From assembly GCA_049314435.1 (NCBI GenBank), contig JBMOFD010000010.1, positions 1-36,109 of the forward strand: a stretch of DNA of 36,109 bases, read 5' to 3'. Each line of letters starts with the position of its first letter. Within the stretch, counting starts at the first letter, position 1. A program made the position numbers and the translations under genes. A model generated the notes under the pieces. That model was given only the letters and a program-made list of their open reading frames with translations, had not been told where the DNA came from and made no database searches. Positions 9,505-18,277 of the stretch are shown here, in pieces. Origin of the DNA: Chlamydiia bacterium (GTDB taxonomy: Bacteria; Chlamydiota; Chlamydiia; Chlamydiales; JBMOFD01).

Positions 9505-10212
9505 TCACTCCGCTGGTCGGGCGCGTTTGCGGGAAGGCTCCAGCGACGTCAGGTCTACTTGATTCGCACCCGGTAAGGATGTCGCAAGAGGTTGATCATC
9601 CCCAGTTGTAGGAGAGGGTGTGTAGAGTCTACGTCCCTTTCGCTCTCCTACCATGAATGCTGGAACACGCATGAATGAGGAGGGGTTCGAGCCCTCAGTG
9701 GCGTTGGGCACAGCGCCGTCTCGGCGCGCTCGATAGTTCAGCGGGATCGGTCTCACAGAGGGACGCTCTTTTGTCTCCGACGTGGCTGGGCTCTCATTAG
9801 GTAGAACCGAACAGCTTCTCCGGAAGAACTCCACCAGGCTTTGGTCTGTTGTATTTGTGCTTCCCTGAGGCTGAGTCTCCATCGACGGGGGACGAGCAGG
9901 CGTTCGCATAGGAATAAACGGCGTGCTCCACGTCGCAATCGTGGCCGTCGTGGTACGAAGAGCAGAAACACACATGCTCGACAGTTGAGCCATCCCCTCT
10001 TCCTCGGAAGAGTTGGAGGGCTCGTGCTGTAACTGAATGTCTTCCGGTAGGTCGTCCACATAGCTGTCGAATGAGCAGATCGAAGCTGAGTCAACCTCTC
10101 CCTGATAGCCCTCTTCAGGTGTCTCGACCCATTCGTCATTTGGGCTGACGTAGGGAGGCTCATAAGACTCGGGAAGCCAAGAAGGCCGCGTCCATCCAGT
10201 AGGACTAGTCAT
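9505..10212 (-). CDS. Hypothetical S/T/P/E-rich, probably disordered protein with C-terminal NLS-like motif; putative effector
   Basis: 235 aa ORF filling the kup-valS gap, with its own AT-rich upstream region; acidic N-half; ends PSRKRARPAE. Confidence 0.6.
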   Translation of the reverse strand: MTSPTGWTRPSWLPESYEPPYVSPNDEWVETPEEGYQGEVDSASICSFDSYVDDLPEDIQLQHEPSNSSEEEGMAQLSSMCVSALRTTTATIATWSTPFIPMRTPARPPSMETQPQGSTNTTDQSLVEFFRRSCSVLPNESPATSETKERPSVRPIPLNYRARRDGAVPNATEGSNPSSFMRVPAFMVGERKGRRLYTPSPTTGDDQPLATSLPGANQVDLTSLEPSRKRARPAE

Positions 10213-10246
10213 GGATTACCATATAGTTGCGTTGTTTAATCAAGTT

Positions 10247-10255
10247 ATTATATCA
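10247..10255 (-). promoter_or_regulatory. Candidate extended -10 promoter (TGaTATAAT) for the 9505-10212 gene
   Basis: Minus strand reads tttTGATATAAT about 34 bp upstream of the ATG within an AT-rich intergenic region. Confidence 0.5.
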
Positions 10256-10383
10256 AAACGATAAATAACTATGGTCAGCCAGATCTATATGACGCGTTCA
10301 GCCCCTTGTTTATTTATAACTAAAATACTAACTACGTGAAAATAGAGGCAATAGAAAGGGGGTGGTGATTGCCGGGAGAGGCG

Positions 10384-10411
10384 GCGTGACGCTCCAATTA
10401 GAGCGTCACGC
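10384..10411. terminator. 11-bp stem-loop just downstream of valS (terminator-like, lacks a 3' U-tract)
   Basis: gcgtgacgctc-caatta-gagcgtcacgc perfect inverted repeat, 7 bp from the valS stop. Confidence 0.55.
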
Positions 10412-10418
10412 AAAAAAA

Positions 10419-13256
10419 CTATTGCCGTAGAGCCGCTAGCCTTGTTTGCGTCGCTTGCAACTCCTGTTGAGCCGTCTGCAGTTGTGTCCGGTGCTGTTCG
10501 ACTAAAGCCGCCGGTGCACGTTGAGCAAAGTCAGGTCGCTGCAGAGGGCTCTTCGCAATCAAACCCTCTAGCCGAACGACCTCTTTTTCAAGTCGTTCAC
10601 ATTCAGCCGAACGTAGTTCTGAGGGAAGAGGCACTGCAATGCGCAGGGATCCTACCACCGCAACCGCACGGTCTGCTTGCTCCGATGGCGCCTCTTCAGT
10701 CTGTATGCCCGTAATACGCACGAGTGATTCGATCACCTTACGATGTTGAATCACCAGGGCGCATTCTAAGGCTGATCCGGACAGGAGAACCTCGATAGCC
10801 AGACCCGGAGGAACACGCATCTCTCCACGGATATTGCGGAGGGTGTAGACCACACGCTGGATGAAGTCGAAGGTCGCCTGTGTATCCGCTCCTTGGTTGG
10901 GAGCCGCTACTTGAGGGAAGGGCGCGACAGCACAGACCGGAGCCTGCAGGGCTCTGAGAGTCTCCATCGTCCATAGATCGGGCGCCTGCTTGGGCAGGGT
11001 GATCTCACCAAAGTGGCGCTTCAGCTGAGCAAAGAGCTCTTCCGTCACGAAGGGCACCATCGGATGTAGAATGCGGAGTGCAGCCGTGAGCAGAATCACG
11101 AGCATGCGCTGCTTGTGCTGGATCTCGGCGGGTGTCCCACGATGGAGATGAGGCTTGGCCGTCTCGATGTAGGTGCTGCAGAACTCATTCCAGAAGAAGT
11201 CATAGGCACGCTGTGCCGCTTGATCAAAGGAGCAGTGCTCTAGAGCGCGGTTCACTTCATGCACGGTCTCCGTCAACTTGTGCAGCACCCACTGGTCACA
11301 GAGATCCAGCTGAGAGGGCTGAATACCCTGGAGGAGCGTCGCCGCATCGAGAGGATGTTCACCTGTGAGCTGCATGAAGACAAAACGGGCCCCGTTCCAG
11401 AGCTTGTTCATGAAGTGCTTCGTGTCTTCAAAGCGCCGTCGATCGAGGTCGATCTGACGCGCCTGTGGGTTCGTCATCACTAAGGCAAAGCGCATGGCAT
11501 CGGTGCCGTAGGTCTCAGCAATCTCTAATGGGTTGATGACATTGCCCTTCGACTTCGACATCTTCTCCCAGCGACTATGGACGCCCGCTGGAGGCGGGGT
11601 GCCCAGATCGTAGGCTGTTCGTTCCGCTTCAGGGACATATTGGATGGAGCCGTGAGGCCCATCACGCCAGTAGCTCTTGCCATAGATCAACCCATGTAGG
11701 AAGACCTTGGGGAAGGGAGGCTCATTCAGGGCAAATTCACCCGCCATCAGCATCCGTGCCACCCAGAAGAAGAGGATGTCCCAGCCGGTGATCAGCATCG
11801 AGTTAGGATAGTAGCGAGCCATCTCTGGAGTCGCTTCAGGCCAGCCCAGCGTGGAGAAGGGCCAGAGGGCACTGCTGAACCAAGTGTCTAATACGTCGGT
11901 GTCCTGGATCCACCCATCAGGGTCTGCTGCTACTTGCGGTGGCACCCCAGGCTCTCCCCAGACCAGCATCTCTTCAGGTTGACCGCGCTTATACCAGACG
12001 GGGATCCGATGGCCCCACCAGAGCTGACGTGAGATGCACCAGTCGCGGAGGTTGTTGATCCAATGGTAGTAGGTGCTGTCCCAGGTAGAGGGGATCAAGG
12101 TCACTTCGCCATCTTTGACGATGCTCGTGAGACGGTCCTTGAACGCACTGAGCTTCACGAACCACTGTAGGCTGAGATGAGGCTCAATCACTGCCTTACT
12201 GCGGTAGCTTACGCCTACGCGTCGCTTGACCTTCTCTGTGTGACGGAGCAGCCCAAGGGCTTTGATTGCCTCGACTACGGCTTCTCGACCCTCTTCTCTT
12301 GTGAGTCCAGCAAAACGGCCTGCTGCAGCGGAGAGCTTCGCCTCATGAGTCATCACGTTGATGATGGGGAGGGCGTGGTCTCGACCGATCTCCCAGTCGA
12401 GCTGGTCATGCGCCGGCGTGATTTTCACAGCGCCTGTTCCAAATTCTCGATCAATGCGGTGGTCCGCAATGATCGGGATGAGACGATCGCTTAAGGGGAG
12501 CTTCAGCGACTGACCGATCAACTTGGCATAGCGTGGATCATCGGGATGCACCGCTACGGCCACATCGCCTAGCATGGTCTCTGGACGACTGGTTGCCACA
12601 CAAACTTCACCAGAGCCATTTGCTAGAGGGTACGCGAGGGTCCATAGGTATCCATCGACCTCCTCATACTCCACCTCATCGTTAGCCAGCGCTGTTTGTG
12701 TCACTGGGTCCCAATTGACCAGGTACTCACCACGATAGATGAGGCCGGCTGCATAGAGTTTGCTGAACATCGCCCGGACAGCCTGACTGCAGGTCTCATC
12801 TAGGGTGAAGCGCAGACGACTCCAGTCACAGCTGCAGCCTAACTTCTCAAGCTGCTCAAGGATGTGAGAGCCATACTGCTCCTTCCACTCCCATGTGTGG
12901 CGTAGAAACTCTTCACGATCCATCTCGGTACGCCTGCGCCCGGTCGTGGTCATCAGGTGTCGTTCCACCACAGTCTGAGTGGCGATGCCCGCATGATCGG
13001 TCCCAGGCACCCAGAGGACATCGAAGCCCGACATCCTCTTCCAACGACAGACGATGTCTTGGAGCGTATTCACCAAGGCATGTCCCATGTGCAAGACACC
13101 CGTCACATTAGGAGGGGGAATGACGATGCAAAAGGGAGGTTTGTCACTGAGGGGCTGTGCTTCGAAGTAGCGACCTTCCTTCCAGACTTTGAGCCAATGG
13201 GACTCGCAGGTGGGGGCTTCAAAGGTCTTGGGTGGGAGTGAGGAGGATTCAGACAT
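10419..13256 (-). CDS. valS: Valine--tRNA ligase
   Basis: PPPNVTG.LHMGH, PGTDHAGIATQ, DWCISRQLWWGHRIP, DVLDTWFSS and KMSKS; chlamydial-type insert HGLIYGKSY... before KMSKS. Confidence 0.98.
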   Translation of the reverse strand: MSESSSLPPKTFEAPTCESHWLKVWKEGRYFEAQPLSDKPPFCIVIPPPNVTGVLHMGHALVNTLQDIVCRWKRMSGFDVLWVPGTDHAGIATQTVVERHLMTTTGRRRTEMDREEFLRHTWEWKEQYGSHILEQLEKLGCSCDWSRLRFTLDETCSQAVRAMFSKLYAAGLIYRGEYLVNWDPVTQTALANDEVEYEEVDGYLWTLAYPLANGSGEVCVATSRPETMLGDVAVAVHPDDPRYAKLIGQSLKLPLSDRLIPIIADHRIDREFGTGAVKITPAHDQLDWEIGRDHALPIINVMTHEAKLSAAAGRFAGLTREEGREAVVEAIKALGLLRHTEKVKRRVGVSYRSKAVIEPHLSLQWFVKLSAFKDRLTSIVKDGEVTLIPSTWDSTYYHWINNLRDWCISRQLWWGHRIPVWYKRGQPEEMLVWGEPGVPPQVAADPDGWIQDTDVLDTWFSSALWPFSTLGWPEATPEMARYYPNSMLITGWDILFFWVARMLMAGEFALNEPPFPKVFLHGLIYGKSYWRDGPHGSIQYVPEAERTAYDLGTPPPAGVHSRWEKMSKSKGNVINPLEIAETYGTDAMRFALVMTNPQARQIDLDRRRFEDTKHFMNKLWNGARFVFMQLTGEHPLDAATLLQGIQPSQLDLCDQWVLHKLTETVHEVNRALEHCSFDQAAQRAYDFFWNEFCSTYIETAKPHLHRGTPAEIQHKQRMLVILLTAALRILHPMVPFVTEELFAQLKRHFGEITLPKQAPDLWTMETLRALQAPVCAVAPFPQVAAPNQGADTQATFDFIQRVVYTLRNIRGEMRVPPGLAIEVLLSGSALECALVIQHRKVIESLVRITGIQTEEAPSEQADRAVAVVGSLRIAVPLPSELRSAECERLEKEVVRLEGLIAKSPLQRPDFAQRAPAALVEQHRTQLQTAQQELQATQTRLAALRQ

Positions 13257-13333
13257 GCTGCGGCATCCATGAGCCAGTGACTCCTAGCAGTGCCAGGAGG
13301 AGGATAAACCTCGTTGAAATCGTCTGTAGATAA

Positions 13334-13357
13334 GGCAGCTGCGACTGGGCAGCTGCC
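13334..13357. repeat. 9-bp inverted repeat between the permease and valS
   Basis: ggcagctgc-gactgg-gcagctgcc. Confidence 0.4.
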
Positions 13358-13378
13358 CATAGGACATCAAGCCTATTG

Positions 13379-14872
13379 CTAGCGTTTAGCCTTACGAGGA
13401 CGTCGGATCAACCAGTAGACCGGGAGGCCTGACAGGGTGAGCAGAATGCCTGGTAGCGTCACCGCTGGCTTCAAATAGAACAAGCCGACCAATAGCGCGC
13501 TAGCCGCCAGCAGGTAGATGTACTGCAACCATGGATACCCAACGGCCTTGTACGCTCGAGGCGCATCAGGCAGGCGCTTCCTGAAGATGAAGATCGCGAT
13601 GATCGTCAGGATATAGAAGAGGAAGGCGCTGCTGATCACATAAGTGAGCAGCGTTGTGTAGAGCGCTCCATACTCGGGCACAGGACCGTCCAGGGATTGG
13701 ATGGTTCTTGGTAGGACGAGAACAGAGGCCCAAGCCCCTTGAGCCCAGATCGCCCAAGCCGGTACGTGGTTCTTGTTGAGGACGGCAGCTTGAGGTAGGA
13801 AGAGACCGTCTTGGGCCATGGCATAGTAGGCTCGTCCACCAGCCAGAGAGAGACCGTTCACGCAACCAAAGGTCGAGATCAAGATCGCTCCAGCAATGAG
13901 CACGCTGCCCCAGCCGGGGAAGATCACGTCGGCCGTTTCCGCAGCGACTCGATCTCCAACAGCCGTTTGGATGGCTGTGAAGGGAAGCACCAAAAGATAG
14001 GTCAGGTTGGTCAAGAGATAGAGCGAAACGACGATGACCGTTCCGTAACCGAGAGCCTTAGGTAGGTTCTTCTCGGGGCTACGTAATTCGCTGGCCAAGA
14101 AGGTTAGGCTATACCAGCCGTCGCTTGAGAATAGAGCGCCAGGCAGAGATACAATGATCCCAATCAAGAGCCCAATATCGGTCATGGCCGAGATGCCAGG
14201 TCCGTTAGAGGTCAACGTACCATGGACGGTCCAGAAGTTCGCGATGTTGCCCGAGATCGCTTCCCAATTCGATCCGACCAGAACACCCAATAGGATCAGT
14301 GAAATGAGTGCACCGATTTTCGCTACTGTGAAGATGTTCTGGGCGATCTTGCCAGCCTCAAGTCCACGAGTATTCAGCCAGGACAGGAAAAGGATCACGG
14401 CGATCGCTACACCTTGCTCGGTCGAAACGCTGATGGCGTAGGCGCAGCCTAGGTGAATGGGAGGGATTAAATAGGAGGATTCGGTGATCGCAAACCAAAG
14501 TACGCCCAGGTACTTAGCAAAGCCAATCGCCACCGCCGCAATGGTTCCCGTCTGAATCACAAGGAACAGAGTCCATCCATAGAGAAAACCTACACAGCGG
14601 CCATAGGCCTCTTTCAGGTAGGTGTATTGGCCCCCGGCGGTCGGCATCAGAGCTGCCAGTTCGCCGTAGCTGAGAGTTGCGATCAACGTCATCAAGCCCG
14701 CAACGACCCAAACCGTAAGCATCCACCCGGGCGATCCGACTTGGCGCGCGATGTCAGAGGGTGCAAGGAAGATACCAGAGCCGATCATGATGCCTGCGAC
14801 CAGAAGGATCGCATCCATCAAGCCCATGCCGCGCACAAATTTCTGCTGGCTTGGAGCAGGAGAAGAAGACAT
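13379..14872 (-). CDS. APC-family amino acid permease
   Basis: About 12 TM helices; GIMIGSGIF, YGELAA.MP.AGG.Y.YL..AYG, E...P.KNLP.A and R..YAMA.DG motifs. Confidence 0.92.
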   Translation of the reverse strand: MSSSPAPSQQKFVRGMGLMDAILLVAGIMIGSGIFLAPSDIARQVGSPGWMLTVWVVAGLMTLIATLSYGELAALMPTAGGQYTYLKEAYGRCVGFLYGWTLFLVIQTGTIAAVAIGFAKYLGVLWFAITESSYLIPPIHLGCAYAISVSTEQGVAIAVILFLSWLNTRGLEAGKIAQNIFTVAKIGALISLILLGVLVGSNWEAISGNIANFWTVHGTLTSNGPGISAMTDIGLLIGIIVSLPGALFSSDGWYSLTFLASELRSPEKNLPKALGYGTVIVVSLYLLTNLTYLLVLPFTAIQTAVGDRVAAETADVIFPGWGSVLIAGAILISTFGCVNGLSLAGGRAYYAMAQDGLFLPQAAVLNKNHVPAWAIWAQGAWASVLVLPRTIQSLDGPVPEYGALYTTLLTYVISSAFLFYILTIIAIFIFRKRLPDAPRAYKAVGYPWLQYIYLLAASALLVGLFYLKPAVTLPGILLTLSGLPVYWLIRRPRKAKR

Positions 14873-14916
14873 ATTTACAATAGGGTTGAGTCGTTATGCG
14901 GACCAATCCGCCAAAA

Positions 14917-17655
14917 CTATTGTATGACTTCTCCTGGAAAATGAGCAATTGGAGGTTGCCGCCAGTCATGTCGACTCAGAAGATCTCTTAGCACATGAAC
15001 GGCATGAGGCTGCTGGGCACTGTGATACCAGAGGCAAAGAAGTCGGCATGCGTCACGCTGTTCCACAGGCAGAGCTCTCAGCCAAGCTTGGGGATGTGGG
15101 CGTCCGAGAGCGGTCCGGATCGCTAGCTGAGGAGCTCGTGCCACACGGTCACCCTGGATGGGCAGCTGGTCGAGTAGCTGCTGAGCTGCCTGTATGCCCT
15201 GCTGGCGACAGAGGAAGCAGGCTTCTAAAAATTGATGAAGGGGTGAGCTCAGGGTCCCCGGCAGATCCTGAATCGCCTGCCACCACGATGCGTCATTCAT
15301 GAGGAGGGACTGCCGGAGGAGGCTCTGGCGGATCTCATCTTGGAGAGCGGGACAGAGAGCGGACCACAGGTCCCAGCCCCATGATCGTAAGTCCCAAGAG
15401 AGATCTTCAGCTCTTCGTAATAGAAGAGAGAGCCAACTCTGTGGGTAGTCCGCCGCTGCCCATGCGGTGGACCACTCAGCAGCTGATGGCATCGTACCCA
15501 TGAAGAGTTGCTGCTCCACGAGAGTCATCGGCTCTTCCGCTATAGAGCCCTCCACCTGTTGAGGCAGCAGTTCTTCAGCGGGGAATGGCTGACCGAGGAG
15601 GGCGGCGGCAAGGAGCCCCAGTGCATGAGGTGTGCTGCGCTGCAGGCTCTCGGTAGCGACGAGCGCATAATCGAGCTGCAGACCAGGCGGAGCCCGTCTC
15701 AAGACAACCGGGAGTTCGAACTCCCGTTCAAGAAGTTGCAGGATCGCCGTGATCTGCGTACGCGTCCTCCATAGAGGCAAGAGGCGAAAGACCAACGACA
15801 GGAAGAGTGCCGCAGTCGCCGGGCACTCACGGGCTGACTCGGAGAGTCGATGCCAGATCTGCTCTTCGATGATCCCACGTAGGGGATGATCGGGATAACG
15901 CCGTAAGGAAAATTCTAGGTATTGCACTTCATCTTGGGTCTGTCCGGCGCCCTGAGCCAGGAGGGACTTGCCTAAGTATTCTAGGGGTGCACTAGGACCA
16001 CCGTGCAGCCTCTCAAACTCCATGGTGGACTGCTGCCAGAGCGCTTCCTTCTGTCCTGGATGAGAGGCGCGCTTGGCCTGCTCAAGGAGAGTGAGCCCTG
16101 CTCGGAAGATCGCATCGCGTCCTTCAGCGCGTTCGGGGAAGCTATAGGCCAACCTACGGTACTCGCTGAGGGCACGGCCATATTCGCCGTGGCTTAAAAA
16201 GGCATCTGGGAGGGCAAGGCAGCTTACCGTCACACTGTCATTCCCTGTGGCCACCTTGATCTCGGTGGTTTCGAAGTTGGCATCTCGGTGGAGCACGCCG
16301 ATGTGCGTGCCGTGGAGAGGCAAGTGACTTACGTAGCTCAGCAGGAGCTGATGGTTGAGCGTGCAGCGGATGGCATTGTCGATCTGTTCGATCTCGAGGC
16401 GATGCCACTCTTCCTGAGGCAATAAGAGCTCATTATGTTCCAGAACCAGGGCATGGCGTCGGTGGAGAGTGAAGCCGGGTTGTTCCTGGGAGCCCATCCA
16501 AAGAAGATAGCCGTCATCGGGGTAGAGACGTTCGCTAGCCTCGGGGACCGAGAGAAGGAATCCGATCCCGGCACATCCGGGCCGTAGGCGAACGAGGGTC
16601 TCGATGCGGACGTTCCCAGAGAAGCTCGCTTTGGAGATCATGAGTCCGACCCAATCTCCTGTAAGGGAGAGATGAAGAGGGGAGAGGGTAGGGAGGAGAA
16701 TGTGCTCCTGGAACTCCCAGTCCGCCCGGTTGTGGATCGAGAGCTCGGCGACGGGGAACCAGTCACTGCGCCCCTCTAGGACTCGAGAAATATCGTGGAT
16801 CAGAGCTTCTACGTTGGCATATCGCCGAGCCGGGATCGGGTGCATGCAGCGTTTAGCGATACGGACGAGTTGGCTGGGGACCTCGCGCTGAGGCGCGACG
16901 CGGGAGGGATCCTCAAAGCGCTCTCGGTGGACGCTCTTTCGGAAATCCTTGAAGGTCTTGCGCTTGAAGGGGAGTCTCAAGCAGAGCATCTGGTAGAGCA
17001 TCACCCCGAGGGCATAGATCTCTGTGCTCACCGTGGCGGGTTGGCGGAGGGTCCGCTCGGGTGCCATGTAGGCTAAAGTGCCCACGATGCGACCGGCGAC
17101 CGTCTGGTGTGCCTCTTCCAGGGTAGGAAGCGGTTCTTCCACCTCATCTTTGGCTTTAGCCAGACCCCAGTCGAGGAGGACGACCTCACCAAAATGGCCG
17201 ACGATCACATTCTCAGGCTTGAGGTCTCGATGGAGGATTTCTCTGGAGTGGCTATAGGCAACAGCCTGGCAGATCTGCAGGTAGGTGCGTAGCAGACTGG
17301 AGATCGGTGGGACCTCAGCTGGGGGATCGGAGAGGATCTCACGGAGGGTGCGCCCCGAGACGTAGGGCATCACGTAGTAGGGGAACGGTTCTCCCTCGCA
17401 GAGTTCGTAGACCGCGATGATGCCTGGGTGGTTGAGGCGCCCAGCGATCCTGGCTTCACGTAGAAAACGGTGGCGGATGCGAGGCTGCTCTTGGAGCTCT
17501 TCACGAATGCGCTTGACGGCGACTTCACGACCAAATTCGGGATCCCAGCAGAGGAGAACCTCACCCATACCACCACGGCCTAGGCTACGGCGCACCTCAT
17601 AGCGGCCGATTCGGGCGGGAGGAACCGTTGGGGTTTCGTTCTTCTTGGATTTCAC
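14917..17655 (-). CDS. pknD: Hanks-type Ser/Thr protein kinase, chlamydial PknD family
   Basis: GRGGMGEV, VAVK, HRDLKPEN, DWG and GTLAYMAPE, followed by a long PknD-like tail (SCLALPDAFL, PLEYLGKSL); located near valS as in Chlamydia. GTG start at 17655 with GAGG upstream is preferred over 17742. Confidence 0.88.
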   Translation of the reverse strand: MKSKKNETPTVPPARIGRYEVRRSLGRGGMGEVLLCWDPEFGREVAVKRIREELQEQPRIRHRFLREARIAGRLNHPGIIAVYELCEGEPFPYYVMPYVSGRTLREILSDPPAEVPPISSLLRTYLQICQAVAYSHSREILHRDLKPENVIVGHFGEVVLLDWGLAKAKDEVEEPLPTLEEAHQTVAGRIVGTLAYMAPERTLRQPATVSTEIYALGVMLYQMLCLRLPFKRKTFKDFRKSVHRERFEDPSRVAPQREVPSQLVRIAKRCMHPIPARRYANVEALIHDISRVLEGRSDWFPVAELSIHNRADWEFQEHILLPTLSPLHLSLTGDWVGLMISKASFSGNVRIETLVRLRPGCAGIGFLLSVPEASERLYPDDGYLLWMGSQEQPGFTLHRRHALVLEHNELLLPQEEWHRLEIEQIDNAIRCTLNHQLLLSYVSHLPLHGTHIGVLHRDANFETTEIKVATGNDSVTVSCLALPDAFLSHGEYGRALSEYRRLAYSFPERAEGRDAIFRAGLTLLEQAKRASHPGQKEALWQQSTMEFERLHGGPSAPLEYLGKSLLAQGAGQTQDEVQYLEFSLRRYPDHPLRGIIEEQIWHRLSESARECPATAALFLSLVFRLLPLWRTRTQITAILQLLEREFELPVVLRRAPPGLQLDYALVATESLQRSTPHALGLLAAALLGQPFPAEELLPQQVEGSIAEEPMTLVEQQLFMGTMPSAAEWSTAWAAADYPQSWLSLLLRRAEDLSWDLRSWGWDLWSALCPALQDEIRQSLLRQSLLMNDASWWQAIQDLPGTLSSPLHQFLEACFLCRQQGIQAAQQLLDQLPIQGDRVARAPQLAIRTALGRPHPQAWLRALPVEQRDACRLLCLWYHSAQQPHAVHVLRDLLSRHDWRQPPIAHFPGEVIQ

Positions 17656-17989
17656 TCTCAAGTTCCTCTTCGCGCTCCTCTGCTTCTTCGGGGTCCAGGC
17701 GGAAAACATCTCTGCATAGAGTAAAGAGCGCAGCGATCGCAATCAAGGTGGGGAAGATAAAGGCGTAGGGCGTTACCCAGGTGCCCGTCACCCAGCCCAA
17801 GCCAAAAATCACCGCAAAGACCCCTGCATCATAGGGGCGCCCCCGCACCAGGCACCAGGTCGCCAGGGGGATTCCCAAGACAATGTAGATCTCGGGCCAC
17901 CAGTTACCCGACAGACCGACGATCAGCACTCCTACAAGGATCATGGTGATGAGCAGGCCACCAGCTCGTTGATCGGACATCAGGCGCAT
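17597..17989 (-). CDS. Small 4-TM membrane protein with acidic C-tail
   Basis: Hydrophobic segments, WWP motif, GR.YD, tail PEEAEEREEELESEIQEE; directly upstream of pknD. Confidence 0.75.
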   Translation of the reverse strand: MRLMSDQRAGGLLITMILVGVLIVGLSGNWWPEIYIVLGIPLATWCLVRGRPYDAGVFAVIFGLGWVTGTWVTPYAFIFPTLIAIAALFTLCRDVFRLDPEEAEEREEELESEIQEERNPNGSSRPNRPL

Positions 17990-18093
17990 GGTTAACTCTC
18001 CGCAATAGGAAGTTCACTATTAGGTCCACTTGGCGTGAGCCTCGCATTCTCCTTGTACGCAACGGCCTCTTTTTTGGCCCGGTTCAGCTGATT

Positions 18094-18143
18094 GCAGGGC
18101 TCCGCCCCGCCCCCGCTGGGAGACTACGTCCCCCAGACCCCCC
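18094..18143. repeat. GC-rich tandem double hairpin (REP-like element) in the divergent pknD/pyk intergenic region
   Basis: gcagggc-tcc-gccccgc and ctgggagac-tac-gtcccccag, each followed by a C-run. Confidence 0.5.
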
Positions 18144-18277
18144 TTTTTTGAAGGAACAAAACTCGGCTGCAGCCTTTTTTGCTCAAGAACGATTGAAGAG
18201 CTATCATGGGTCTATCAGGGCCCAACCACGGTGTGGGTCGGGTGGCAGGGGCTTCCCCCGTTGCTGGGCAGAGGGTC

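Noticed and set aside
10336..10346. 11-mer gtgaaaataga shared with 30889-30899, both upstream of effector-like genes
   Set aside because: Opposite orientation relative to the two genes and only two copies in AT-rich DNA; compatible with chance without a genome-wide motif search.
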